DNA of 32,000 nucleotides from Pseudoalteromonas translucida KMM 520 (GTDB taxonomy: Bacteria; Pseudomonadota; Gammaproteobacteria; Enterobacterales; Alteromonadaceae), in NCBI RefSeq assembly GCF_001465295.1, contig NZ_CP011034.1, forward strand, positions 2,460,001 to 2,492,000. Reading direction: 5' to 3'. Made by a program: the position numbers and the translations under genes. Numbering within the stretch: the stretch's first letter is position 1; each line of letters starts with the position of its first letter. The notes below the pieces were generated by a model. The model saw nothing but the letters and a program-made list of their open reading frames with translations, was not told the origin of the DNA and did no database searches. Below, in pieces: positions 7,907 through 16,581 of the stretch.

Positions 7907-9520
7907 TTATACTCTTAACTTCATTACTATAGGTGTTGCATCAGCGCGCTCTGTAATAACAAGTTCGGGACTTTCAATATCAATCGCTGTATTTACAATT
8001 AAACTGGGGGCAAACTCATAGCTGTTGTTTTCTGTTAGCTGCTCAGAATAATCGATAACGCTTTTATCTTTATAAAAACGCCTGAGTTGCTTACATTCTT
8101 GTTGAATATAAAAGTGATCCGATATTAGATTTTGCTGCACAAAAAAGTCACTAATTTCTAATTTAAATAAATGTTTAATCGCATTATCTACATCGTTTTC
8201 TCTACACGCGTGTAAATATAAATAAATTGTATTATCTGCAACGCTAAACACATCGCCTTCGCGCTTTATATGAAATAAGTGCAGTGGGTGTATGGGGTCT
8301 ATTCTTGGTAAAAGTTCTAACTTTACTAACACACCACTCACCCCTAAATTAACCGCTGAGTCACTGTGTATTTCAACCTGACGAGTAAATTCTATAAAGG
8401 GTAAGTATCCCTTCGAAAAAGTATTTTCGGTGTACTGCAGTACATGCTCAACAGAGGGAGGTAATGGCCTGGAAAATTGAAAACCTTGTATTGACTGAAT
8501 TTGCGATAATAATCGTGACGGCTCAGAAAAACTATATAAAATCAGGTTTACGCCAAGAGTTAAAAATAAACACTCATCTTGATGACGAATTATACCATCT
8601 ACATTTTGAATTACTAATTTTAACCAACGACCACAGTGCTTTCTTAATTCAAAACAATGCTTTGCCAATTGGGTTAGGTCTGTATAACGGGTAACCGAAA
8701 AAACTAGTGTCGCGGCTGCTAGCCTGGGGCCTTTATCAAACAGATCTTTATTGTCTTTTACTGTTTGGTAGTAAACAGGCAGCTTTGTCCCTTCAGGTAC
8801 TGCACTTTGCACAAGCCAAACATCATCTTCATCAAAAAAGTTTTTACCACCGTGCTTTTTAGCTTCGTTGACTATAGTTTTCTGCGCTATTAACTGCTTA
8901 TTTTTAAACACCAGCTGGTATTGCTCGTTAGTAAATATACCCGAACTGTGGCGCCAGTAATCATAGTCGAGAGTACGTGTAGCAGCATCATCTATAAAAA
9001 CACTACCATCGAATAGTTTATTTAAACTCCTGATTATAAAGCGATACTTAACAATTTCAGGGCCAGACACTAATAATAATAATGTGGCATTAGTACGCTT
9101 AATAAATAGCGTAAAATATTCTATCAGCTGTTCCACTTCAGGTTCTTTAATAGACTCTAATTGCTCTGTACTAAAATGAATAAAAATCAAGGATTCAGTT
9201 ATTTCTGAGTAAGCACTTAGTTCATTGAGCATTTTTTTTACTAATAGCTTAACACCTAAATCTTTTTTTTGTGCGCTGAATGAAAATGGATATACCTGTT
9301 TATTTTCGTATGCTGTAATTAAATTAGTTGAGGAAGGAAGATCAAAAAATGATTCAACCTGCGTCGATACAATAAATACATCACCCAAGTAACTTTCGTT
9401 AACACAATGTAACACGAATTCGATAACTATATTATCTTGAGGGGCTAAAACAGCATAGCTTGAGGCCGTTTGTAGCTCTTTGGCAAAAGGCTCTAATCCC
9501 GATATATTAAGCTGATGCAA
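7907..9520 (-). CDS. bcsE: c-di-GMP-binding cellulose synthesis protein BcsE (GIL domain)
   Basis: 537 aa. It is first in the bcsEFG unit, divergent from bcsR. The GIL-defining RxGD motif is present (HIKREGDVF, nt 8252-8263), as is an upstream RxxD (VTRYTDL, nt 8678-8689). Confidence 0.85.
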   Translation of the reverse strand: MHQLNISGLEPFAKELQTASSYAVLAPQDNIVIEFVLHCVNESYLGDVFIVSTQVESFFDLPSSTNLITAYENKQVYPFSFSAQKKDLGVKLLVKKMLNELSAYSEITESLIFIHFSTEQLESIKEPEVEQLIEYFTLFIKRTNATLLLLVSGPEIVKYRFIIRSLNKLFDGSVFIDDAATRTLDYDYWRHSSGIFTNEQYQLVFKNKQLIAQKTIVNEAKKHGGKNFFDEDDVWLVQSAVPEGTKLPVYYQTVKDNKDLFDKGPRLAAATLVFSVTRYTDLTQLAKHCFELRKHCGRWLKLVIQNVDGIIRHQDECLFLTLGVNLILYSFSEPSRLLSQIQSIQGFQFSRPLPPSVEHVLQYTENTFSKGYLPFIEFTRQVEIHSDSAVNLGVSGVLVKLELLPRIDPIHPLHLFHIKREGDVFSVADNTIYLYLHACRENDVDNAIKHLFKLEISDFFVQQNLISDHFYIQQECKQLRRFYKDKSVIDYSEQLTENNSYEFAPSLIVNTAIDIESPELVITERADATPIVMKLRV

Positions 9521-9638
9521 TTAAAAACCCTTATTTTAAAATACTTTTTCACTAGTTTTAAGCGCTATTCTATATATAATAGCTAAATAAAGTCCACTTT
9601 AAAAAATAAAGTGTATTAACAAAGTAGTATAACTATCA

Positions 9639-9824
9639 ATGAGAAGTTTAGCTTTTAAAGAATCAAAAACGTTAACATCAAATGACATTAAAAACTTATC
9701 GCATCGTTTTGGCGGCCAAAGTGACGATTATGTCGAAATCGTTAATCAACAACAAAATATAAAAACAATAAATAAGTATCCTTTATTAAAGGAAATAGAC
9801 AGTGCAGTTAATGCCACAAAATAA
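9639..9824 (+). CDS. bcsR: Cellulose synthesis regulator BcsR (YhjR/DUF2629 family)
   Basis: 61 aa, immediately upstream of bcsQ. NDIKNL, DDYVEI and KYPLLKE parallel E. coli BcsR NDIVAL, IDYADI and RWPLLAE. Confidence 0.75.
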   Translation: MRSLAFKESKTLTSNDIKNLSHRFGGQSDDYVEIVNQQQNIKTINKYPLLKEIDSAVNATK

Positions 9825-9841
9825 ATAGGTAACTTACTAAA

Positions 9842-10561
9842 GTGCAAAGAGTTTTTATAAAAGGGATCAAAGGCGGTACGGGAGGCACATCTATTGTAGC
9901 CAACCTCGCATGCGCACTTAAAAAATCAAATGTTGATGTTATTGCTATCGACTTAGACGCAAAAAGTGATTTAAGTTTACATTTTGGGTTACCTTGGACA
10001 CAAACTCTTGGTTGGAGTAACGCTGAAACATTTAATGATGCACTGTCAATGTTTCAACAAGATAGTGATGGCATTATATTTCTGCCCTTTGGCGATAATT
10101 CAGCCACAATAAATAATGTTATAGATACAGTAAATAGCTGCCAGAAATTAGATCACGCGCCCCATACTTGGCTACTATTCGATTGCCCCTCACATATCGA
10201 CATTACGCATTACAGTTTAAATCACGACGATATTGTTGTTGAGTTAGTCAACTGTGATGCAATTTGCCACAGCTTAATTCACAAGCGTTTAGTAACACTT
10301 AAAGAGTCTAATAGTGACTGGAAACATTATTTTTTAGTCAATAAATATAATTCAGCTTCATTACTTGAGTTTGATTTGTTTGCCTTGTGGCAAACAACAC
10401 TGCCGCTAGTAGCGCCATTTTTTATTAATCATGATGAAGTTGTAAAAGAGTCGACGGCTTATCGTAATGTTGCATTTAATTGCGCCCCCTACAGTGTGGC
10501 AAATGACGACTTTGAAACACTTGCTGGCTGGTTAGTCAGTAAGGCTGCATTATCGTTATGA
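9842..10561 (+). CDS. bcsQ: MinD/ParA-like ATPase BcsQ
   Basis: 239 aa with a GTG start. MQRVFIKGIKGGTGGTS aligns with E. coli BcsQ MAVLGLQGVRGGVGTTT. LPFG and HRDE/NHDE-type blocks are conserved. The ATGA overlap with bcsA is at 10558-10561. Confidence 0.85.
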   Translation: MQRVFIKGIKGGTGGTSIVANLACALKKSNVDVIAIDLDAKSDLSLHFGLPWTQTLGWSNAETFNDALSMFQQDSDGIIFLPFGDNSATINNVIDTVNSCQKLDHAPHTWLLFDCPSHIDITHYSLNHDDIVVELVNCDAICHSLIHKRLVTLKESNSDWKHYFLVNKYNSASLLEFDLFALWQTTLPLVAPFFINHDEVVKESTAYRNVAFNCAPYSVANDDFETLAGWLVSKAALSL

Positions 10562-13212
10562 GTACCTTAAATAGACGCCCATTAGATCGTACTTTATATT
10601 TACTTTTGCGCCTTTTATTTACAGAAAAGCTAGCTCGCTTCGTGATGTTTAAGTTTCATAGTTATTTTAATCAACACAAAATGAATGTAGTAGAAGCACT
10701 TATGCTGCCTTTTATAATGCTTGTTAGCTCATTATTTATAAAGCTAAAAGCGCATAAAAAAAATATAAATCACTCCTTAGTTATATATTACCCACACCTT
10801 AAATTGCCTTATCGCAGCTTTATATATTCAAATAGCCTGCGTTTTGTATTACAAAGCTTGTTTTTATTATTTTTTAAACACCAGCCTAAAAACAACTCAG
10901 TTAGAGAGCGCATTAGTCATTATTTTTACTCATCAGTAAATTATACATTTAGACAATTACGCTGGATTGACTTAAAGCTAGGAAAGTTACTAAAACGTTC
11001 ATTATCTAAAAAAACAAAAAAAAGTGTTTTTAAAACAATGGCAGATGCGAGTATCTGGCAAAATAAGCTTATAAAATATATCGCTATTACATTTATACTA
11101 TTTTTAATGGCTATTTTTATCACTATTCCGTTTAGCTTAGAGGCTCAAGCTGTATTTATTAGTTTTATTTTATTGGTAGCCTATTCACTAAGGCGGGTGA
11201 AAGGACAAATGGCGACTATTATCATGATCACGTTATCGGTCACTACCTCCTCGCGCTATTTATGGTGGCGGTACACTGAAACACTAAATTGGGATGATCC
11301 CCTCGCTTTATTTCTAGGTTTGGGCTTATTGCTTGCTGAAACCTATGCTTGGCTAGTACTCATTCTTGGTTTTTTCCAAACTATTAACCCGCTTGAGCGC
11401 AAACCTATTGCCATGCCTAAAAATACCGACCTGTGGCCAACCGTAGACGTTTATATTCCAACTTACAATGAACCTCTGAGCGTAGTAAAACCCACGACAC
11501 TCGCGGCGATGAGTATTGACTGGCCCGCAGATAAACTTAATGTATACATATTAGATGATGGCAAACGTCCTGAGTTTGCTCAATTTGCTGAACAAGTTGG
11601 CGTTGGCTATTTAACCCGCCCTGATAATAACCATGCCAAAGCGGGTAATATGAATAGTGCGATGCGCTATACAGATGGCGAATACATTGCTATTTTTGAT
11701 TGCGACCACGTTCCTGCTCGCTCATTTTTACAAATGACCATGGGGCAGTTTTTAAAAGATAGTAAGGTATGCTTAGTACAAACCCCGCATCACTTTTTTT
11801 CAGCCGATCCCTTTGAAAGAAATTTAAATAACCACAGTCAAGTCCCTAACGAAAACATGTTGTTTTATGGCCTAATTCAAGATGGAAATGATATGTGGGA
11901 CGCTACCTTTTTTTGTGGCTCGTGTGCGGTATTAAAACGCCAAGCACTTGATGATATAGGCGGCTTTGCGTTTGAAACCGTAACTGAAGACGCGCACACT
12001 GCACTAAGAATGCAGCGCGCAGGTTATAAAACAGCTTATATTAATATTCCACAAGCCGCGGGATTAGCCACCGACAGCTTATCTGCTCATATTGGCCAAC
12101 GAATTCGTTGGGCGCGTGGTATGGCGCAAATATTTCGTCTTGATAATCCACTATTAGGCAAAGGGTTAAACCTGCCACAACGACTGTGCTATATAAATGC
12201 CATGCTACATTTTTTGTCTGGGGTTCCTCGTATTGTATTTTTAACCGCCCCGCTAGCACTCATCTATTTCAACGCTTATATTATCTACGCACCATTTTTA
12301 GCCATATTTATTTATGTTGTACCCACACTTATTCAAGTAAAAGCGACTAACTCACGTATTCAAGGTAAATACAGGTACTCATTTTGGGGCGAAGTTTACG
12401 AAACAGTACTGGCTTGGTATATACTAAAACCCACCACAGTTGCTCTATTTAACCCAAATAAAGGCAAGTTTAATGTAACTGAAAAAGGGGGGCTTAATAA
12501 TAAAGAGCATTATGATTGGGGAATTTCTAAACCCTATATGGTATTACTCGCCATTAACTTATTAGGTATTATTGTGGGTACTTTTAGAGCCTTTTTTGGT
12601 GAGCCAAATCAAATTGGGGTGCTAATTATTAGTATGGCATGGGCCACCTATAATATTATTATTTTAGGTGCTGCCGTCGCGGTAGCAGCTGAAGCTCGTC
12701 AAGTAAGAAACTCACACCGCGTAAAAGCAAACTTTCCGGCGGGCATTCGTTTAGCTAATGGACATACTTTAAAAGTTAAAATTATCGATTACTCTGATAA
12801 CGGAGTAGGTATTGAAACCGAGCATGCGCATTTATGCAGAGTTAACGATAAAATAGAACTATTAATGAGCAGAGGTAATAAACAGTTTTCGTTTACTACC
12901 TATGTAACTAATACCCGAGAGAAACAATTTGGTCTTACACTCAAAGATCTCAGTATAGATAAACAACTGGCGTTTATTCAGTGTACTTTTTCAAGAGCTG
13001 ATGCTTGGCTAGATTGGCAAAGCAACTTTAAACATGATCGCCCATCTTACAGCTTTAAAGAAGTACAAAAAACAAGTCTGCGGGGGGTTACTAATATATT
13101 GTTTCACGCACCAAGACAACTTCAACCTGTTATTAAGTTTATGACTAACTTAGTTATTTACATAACTTCATTCATTCCCAAAAAACCGATAGTGCAGAAT
13201 AATTATGATTAA
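10558..13212 (+). CDS. bcsA: Cellulose synthase catalytic subunit BcsA (GT2 plus PilZ)
   Basis: 884 aa. GT2 motifs are YILDDGKR, FDCDHV, TVTEDAHT and QRIRWARG (QxxRW). The PilZ motifs are RQVRNSHR (12697-12720) and DYSDNG (12787-12804). Confidence 0.95.
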   Translation: MSTLNRRPLDRTLYLLLRLLFTEKLARFVMFKFHSYFNQHKMNVVEALMLPFIMLVSSLFIKLKAHKKNINHSLVIYYPHLKLPYRSFIYSNSLRFVLQSLFLLFFKHQPKNNSVRERISHYFYSSVNYTFRQLRWIDLKLGKLLKRSLSKKTKKSVFKTMADASIWQNKLIKYIAITFILFLMAIFITIPFSLEAQAVFISFILLVAYSLRRVKGQMATIIMITLSVTTSSRYLWWRYTETLNWDDPLALFLGLGLLLAETYAWLVLILGFFQTINPLERKPIAMPKNTDLWPTVDVYIPTYNEPLSVVKPTTLAAMSIDWPADKLNVYILDDGKRPEFAQFAEQVGVGYLTRPDNNHAKAGNMNSAMRYTDGEYIAIFDCDHVPARSFLQMTMGQFLKDSKVCLVQTPHHFFSADPFERNLNNHSQVPNENMLFYGLIQDGNDMWDATFFCGSCAVLKRQALDDIGGFAFETVTEDAHTALRMQRAGYKTAYINIPQAAGLATDSLSAHIGQRIRWARGMAQIFRLDNPLLGKGLNLPQRLCYINAMLHFLSGVPRIVFLTAPLALIYFNAYIIYAPFLAIFIYVVPTLIQVKATNSRIQGKYRYSFWGEVYETVLAWYILKPTTVALFNPNKGKFNVTEKGGLNNKEHYDWGISKPYMVLLAINLLGIIVGTFRAFFGEPNQIGVLIISMAWATYNIIILGAAVAVAAEARQVRNSHRVKANFPAGIRLANGHTLKVKIIDYSDNGVGIETEHAHLCRVNDKIELLMSRGNKQFSFTTYVTNTREKQFGLTLKDLSIDKQLAFIQCTFSRADAWLDWQSNFKHDRPSYSFKEVQKTSLRGVTNILFHAPRQLQPVIKFMTNLVIYITSFIPKKPIVQNNYD

Positions 13213-15454
13213 AAAATTGCTTAATACACTCACCCTACTTCTGTTTACTAGTACGGCGTGGCACGTTATTGCTATCGAACCTATGCCAAACAAATCACTT
13301 TTTGTGAATGGTTATCCCGAAAGTGCAGCCGTATCAAGCTTGCAACTTGATTTTAATGCTTTAGGTTTTACTAGCTATAAACTAGATGGGGTAAACAATA
13401 ATTCTAGCGTCGATTTTACCAACAGTATAGATAAACTAAGTAAAAACTTAATGCTTAATTTTTCTTATACTAACTCGCCGTCACTCCTTGCCAATGTTTC
13501 ACACTTAAAAGTATATTTTAATGAAAACTTAGTCACAGTATTACCTGTTAATAAACAACTAGGTGCTGTTGAAAATGTAGTTACGCATAATATTCATCTC
13601 AATTCAAAATACATACAAGACTTTAATCAAATTCGTTTTGAGTTAGTGGGCTACTACGACTTGACCTGTCATGATTACCATAATCGCTCTATTTGGATTG
13701 AAATAAGTAAATCAAGCAATATTACTCTTGATCAGACTGAGCTGGCTATTGATAGTCGTTTAGAGTATTTGCCCGAGCCCTTTTTTGATAGTAAAGATTT
13801 TAGTAAATTAAACCTGCCATTTATATTTGCTACAACGCCAAACAAAGAAGCCATTGCAGCTGCCGCCACTTTATCTAGCTGGTTTGGTGCACAAGCCGAT
13901 TGGCGCGGAGCACAATTTCCGTTATTAAAAAATAAAGCACCTAATGAACATAGTGTGGTGTTTATCACTAACGACTCTAAGCCTGACTTTTTACGTGATT
14001 ACCCTGATGTTGATAAACCAACAATTGAAATTATTTCTAACCCGATCTATCGCTATAAAAAAATGCTACTTATAGTGGGTAAAGACACTGCTGATTTAAA
14101 AACGGCAGTAACGGGTTTAGCATTTGGTCATAAACTAATGACAGGTCGCAGCGCTAGTATAGAGGCCATTAATCAGCTCCCGCTAAGAGAAGCATATGAC
14201 GCACCTCGCTGGTTAAGAGGCGATCGCCCCGTACATTTTGATGAGTTAATTGACTACCCTAAACAATTACAAGCTCAGGGCTTAAATAATGGCCCGGTAA
14301 AATTAAACGTACGCCTTGCACCCGATTTATTCACTTGGCGCGAAAAGGGCATCCCTATTACGCTGCAATATAGAAATACGCCCGAAAGCAGCGTGCTTGA
14401 CTCACGCCTAAACATGCTAATTAATCAAGAGTTTATTAGTGGTTTTTTACTCAGTAAAAATGATTCATTACTAAATAAAACCAAAACAATTATGCCTTTA
14501 ATTGGTAATACAGATACCACTAAAAACGCAGAAGATTTTTCCTTAAATGGTATTAACTTAGCAATTAGAAATGAGCTTAACTTTGACTTTCGCTTTGGTG
14601 TGCTTAAAAAGGGAGAATGCTCTGTTGTACCTGCAGGAGGGGAGTATGGCGTAATAGATGGTAATTCAAATATTGATGTTAGTGGGTTTCATCATTACAT
14701 TGCCCTACCCGATTTAAATGTATTTGCTAATAGCGGTTTCCCATTTACTAAATATGCCGACTTACATCAAACCTTGGTTATTTTAGATGATAACCCAACA
14801 CCTGAAGCAATCACTTTACTACTCAATTTAACCGGTCGCTTTGGTGCCATCACAGGCTACCCAGGACACCGTTTAGAAATACAATCAGTCAGTGACGATA
14901 ATAGTAATTATGATGACAAAGATATTATGATTATTACCGCCGCAAATACAGCGGTGAGTGACATTGATGAGAACGCGCCCACCAGTAAGCTTTTAAGAAA
15001 TAACCACAGAGTTATAAAACAAGCTTTTTATAATGGCGCCTATGATGCTGATACAACAGAAGATGTACAGGTAAGCTTAGTTAGTAGCGGAGATTTAGCC
15101 GTTATTGCAGGGTTTCAATCGCCTTTTGACTCTGAGCGTTCAATTGTGTCGTTAACCGCCAGTACTAATAGCGCTTATAAACTACTAGATACTGCATTTA
15201 ACAAGTCGCAATGGTTATCGCAAATTAAAGGCAGCGCTGCCGTTATTACTAGCCAAGGCGTAAGCTCTGTTAAGGCAGATGATACGTATTTTGTGGGGTA
15301 TGTACCTGTGTATACTTTAATTTGGTTTCATTTATCTGATCATCCATTTTGGCTAGCTTTTTTATCTATTTTAACACTGTTACTTATTTCATTTATAATT
15401 TGGCGCTTGCTACAGGCCCTTACCTACAAACGTTTAGCTGAAGGAGATAAATAA
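13205..15454 (+). CDS. bcsB: Cellulose synthase periplasmic subunit BcsB
   Basis: 749 aa. It has a signal peptide and a single C-terminal TM anchor (FWLAFLSILTLLLISFIIWRLL). It overlaps the bcsA stop by 8 nt, and its position is canonical. Confidence 0.9.
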   Translation: MIKKLLNTLTLLLFTSTAWHVIAIEPMPNKSLFVNGYPESAAVSSLQLDFNALGFTSYKLDGVNNNSSVDFTNSIDKLSKNLMLNFSYTNSPSLLANVSHLKVYFNENLVTVLPVNKQLGAVENVVTHNIHLNSKYIQDFNQIRFELVGYYDLTCHDYHNRSIWIEISKSSNITLDQTELAIDSRLEYLPEPFFDSKDFSKLNLPFIFATTPNKEAIAAAATLSSWFGAQADWRGAQFPLLKNKAPNEHSVVFITNDSKPDFLRDYPDVDKPTIEIISNPIYRYKKMLLIVGKDTADLKTAVTGLAFGHKLMTGRSASIEAINQLPLREAYDAPRWLRGDRPVHFDELIDYPKQLQAQGLNNGPVKLNVRLAPDLFTWREKGIPITLQYRNTPESSVLDSRLNMLINQEFISGFLLSKNDSLLNKTKTIMPLIGNTDTTKNAEDFSLNGINLAIRNELNFDFRFGVLKKGECSVVPAGGEYGVIDGNSNIDVSGFHHYIALPDLNVFANSGFPFTKYADLHQTLVILDDNPTPEAITLLLNLTGRFGAITGYPGHRLEIQSVSDDNSNYDDKDIMIITAANTAVSDIDENAPTSKLLRNNHRVIKQAFYNGAYDADTTEDVQVSLVSSGDLAVIAGFQSPFDSERSIVSLTASTNSAYKLLDTAFNKSQWLSQIKGSAAVITSQGVSSVKADDTYFVGYVPVYTLIWFHLSDHPFWLAFLSILTLLLISFIIWRLLQALTYKRLAEGDK

Positions 15455-16581
15455 TGAAATTATTTATAACTAAAGCATTTATTATGCTGATTTTATTTAC
15501 TCCTTTAAGCCACGCACAACAATGTGCGCCTTGGCAGCAATGGCAAACGTTTAAAACACACTTTATGAGTGATGATGGTCGGATTATAGATTTAGGCAGC
15601 GAGCAAAACATTACCACTTCTGAGGGGCAATCCTATGCGTTGTTTTTTGCACTAATTGCCAATGATAAAGCCGCTTTTGATAAAGTATTAAACTGGACTG
15701 AAGAGCATTTAGCTGAAGGCGATTTAAGTACCCGCCTACCGGCATGGCTATGGGGGGTTAATAACAACGTAGGTAATATTCTTGACTCAAACCCAGCATC
15801 TGACTCTGATTTATGGATTGCTTATAGCTTATCGCAAGCAGCTATACTTTGGGATGACCGCCGTTACCGTATTTTAGCAGCTGTGCTAGCACAGCGTATA
15901 ATGCGCGAAGAAACAGCGTATATTAAAGGACTTGGTTTATCTTTATTACCCGCACCTAGCGGCTTTGAGTTTGATAACGAGCGCTATAAATTAAACCCAA
16001 GCTATTCACCGCTGTTTATTTATCAGCAATTTAGCAAGCTTTATCCTCATTCACCATGGCAAGAACTACAAAAAAGTTCTGCCAACCTAATACTTGAAAC
16101 AAGTAAGCAAGGTGTTAGCCCTGACTGGGTTATGTTTGATACTAACAAAGGCTTTTACTTTGATAAAAAAGTAACCGACTTGGGAAGCTATAATGCAATT
16201 AGAGTCTATTTGTGGGCAAGTATGATGGCAGAGGATGCACCTTACAAAAAGCAATTAGTTACGCAGTTTGCTCCTTTCATTAAAACCATAAATGAACGTG
16301 GTTATGTGCCTTTAAATACCTATGCACAAACGGGGAACTCAGATAAAAGAGGGCCTGTGGGTTTTAATGCCGCATTACTTCCTTTACTAGCAACAGCAGA
16401 TAATGACAATGACGCTGTAACAATGTCGATTCAACAAAAGTTAATGGTTGATCAATCATTTAGTAAATCACGTTATTACGATAGTGTATTAAACTTATTT
16501 GGTAGCAGTACCTTAGATAAACGCTTTTTAATTTCAGCAGACGGGACACTACAACCAAACTGGAGCGATGAATGCCGTTAA
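15454..16581 (+). CDS. bcsZ: Endo-1,4-beta-glucanase BcsZ (GH8)
   Basis: 375 aa. It has the signal peptide MKLFITKAFIMLILFTPLSHA and the GH8 signature context TTSEGQSYALFFAL. Its ATG shares one base with the bcsB TAA. Confidence 0.9.
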   Translation: MKLFITKAFIMLILFTPLSHAQQCAPWQQWQTFKTHFMSDDGRIIDLGSEQNITTSEGQSYALFFALIANDKAAFDKVLNWTEEHLAEGDLSTRLPAWLWGVNNNVGNILDSNPASDSDLWIAYSLSQAAILWDDRRYRILAAVLAQRIMREETAYIKGLGLSLLPAPSGFEFDNERYKLNPSYSPLFIYQQFSKLYPHSPWQELQKSSANLILETSKQGVSPDWVMFDTNKGFYFDKKVTDLGSYNAIRVYLWASMMAEDAPYKKQLVTQFAPFIKTINERGYVPLNTYAQTGNSDKRGPVGFNAALLPLLATADNDNDAVTMSIQQKLMVDQSFSKSRYYDSVLNLFGSSTLDKRFLISADGTLQPNWSDECR

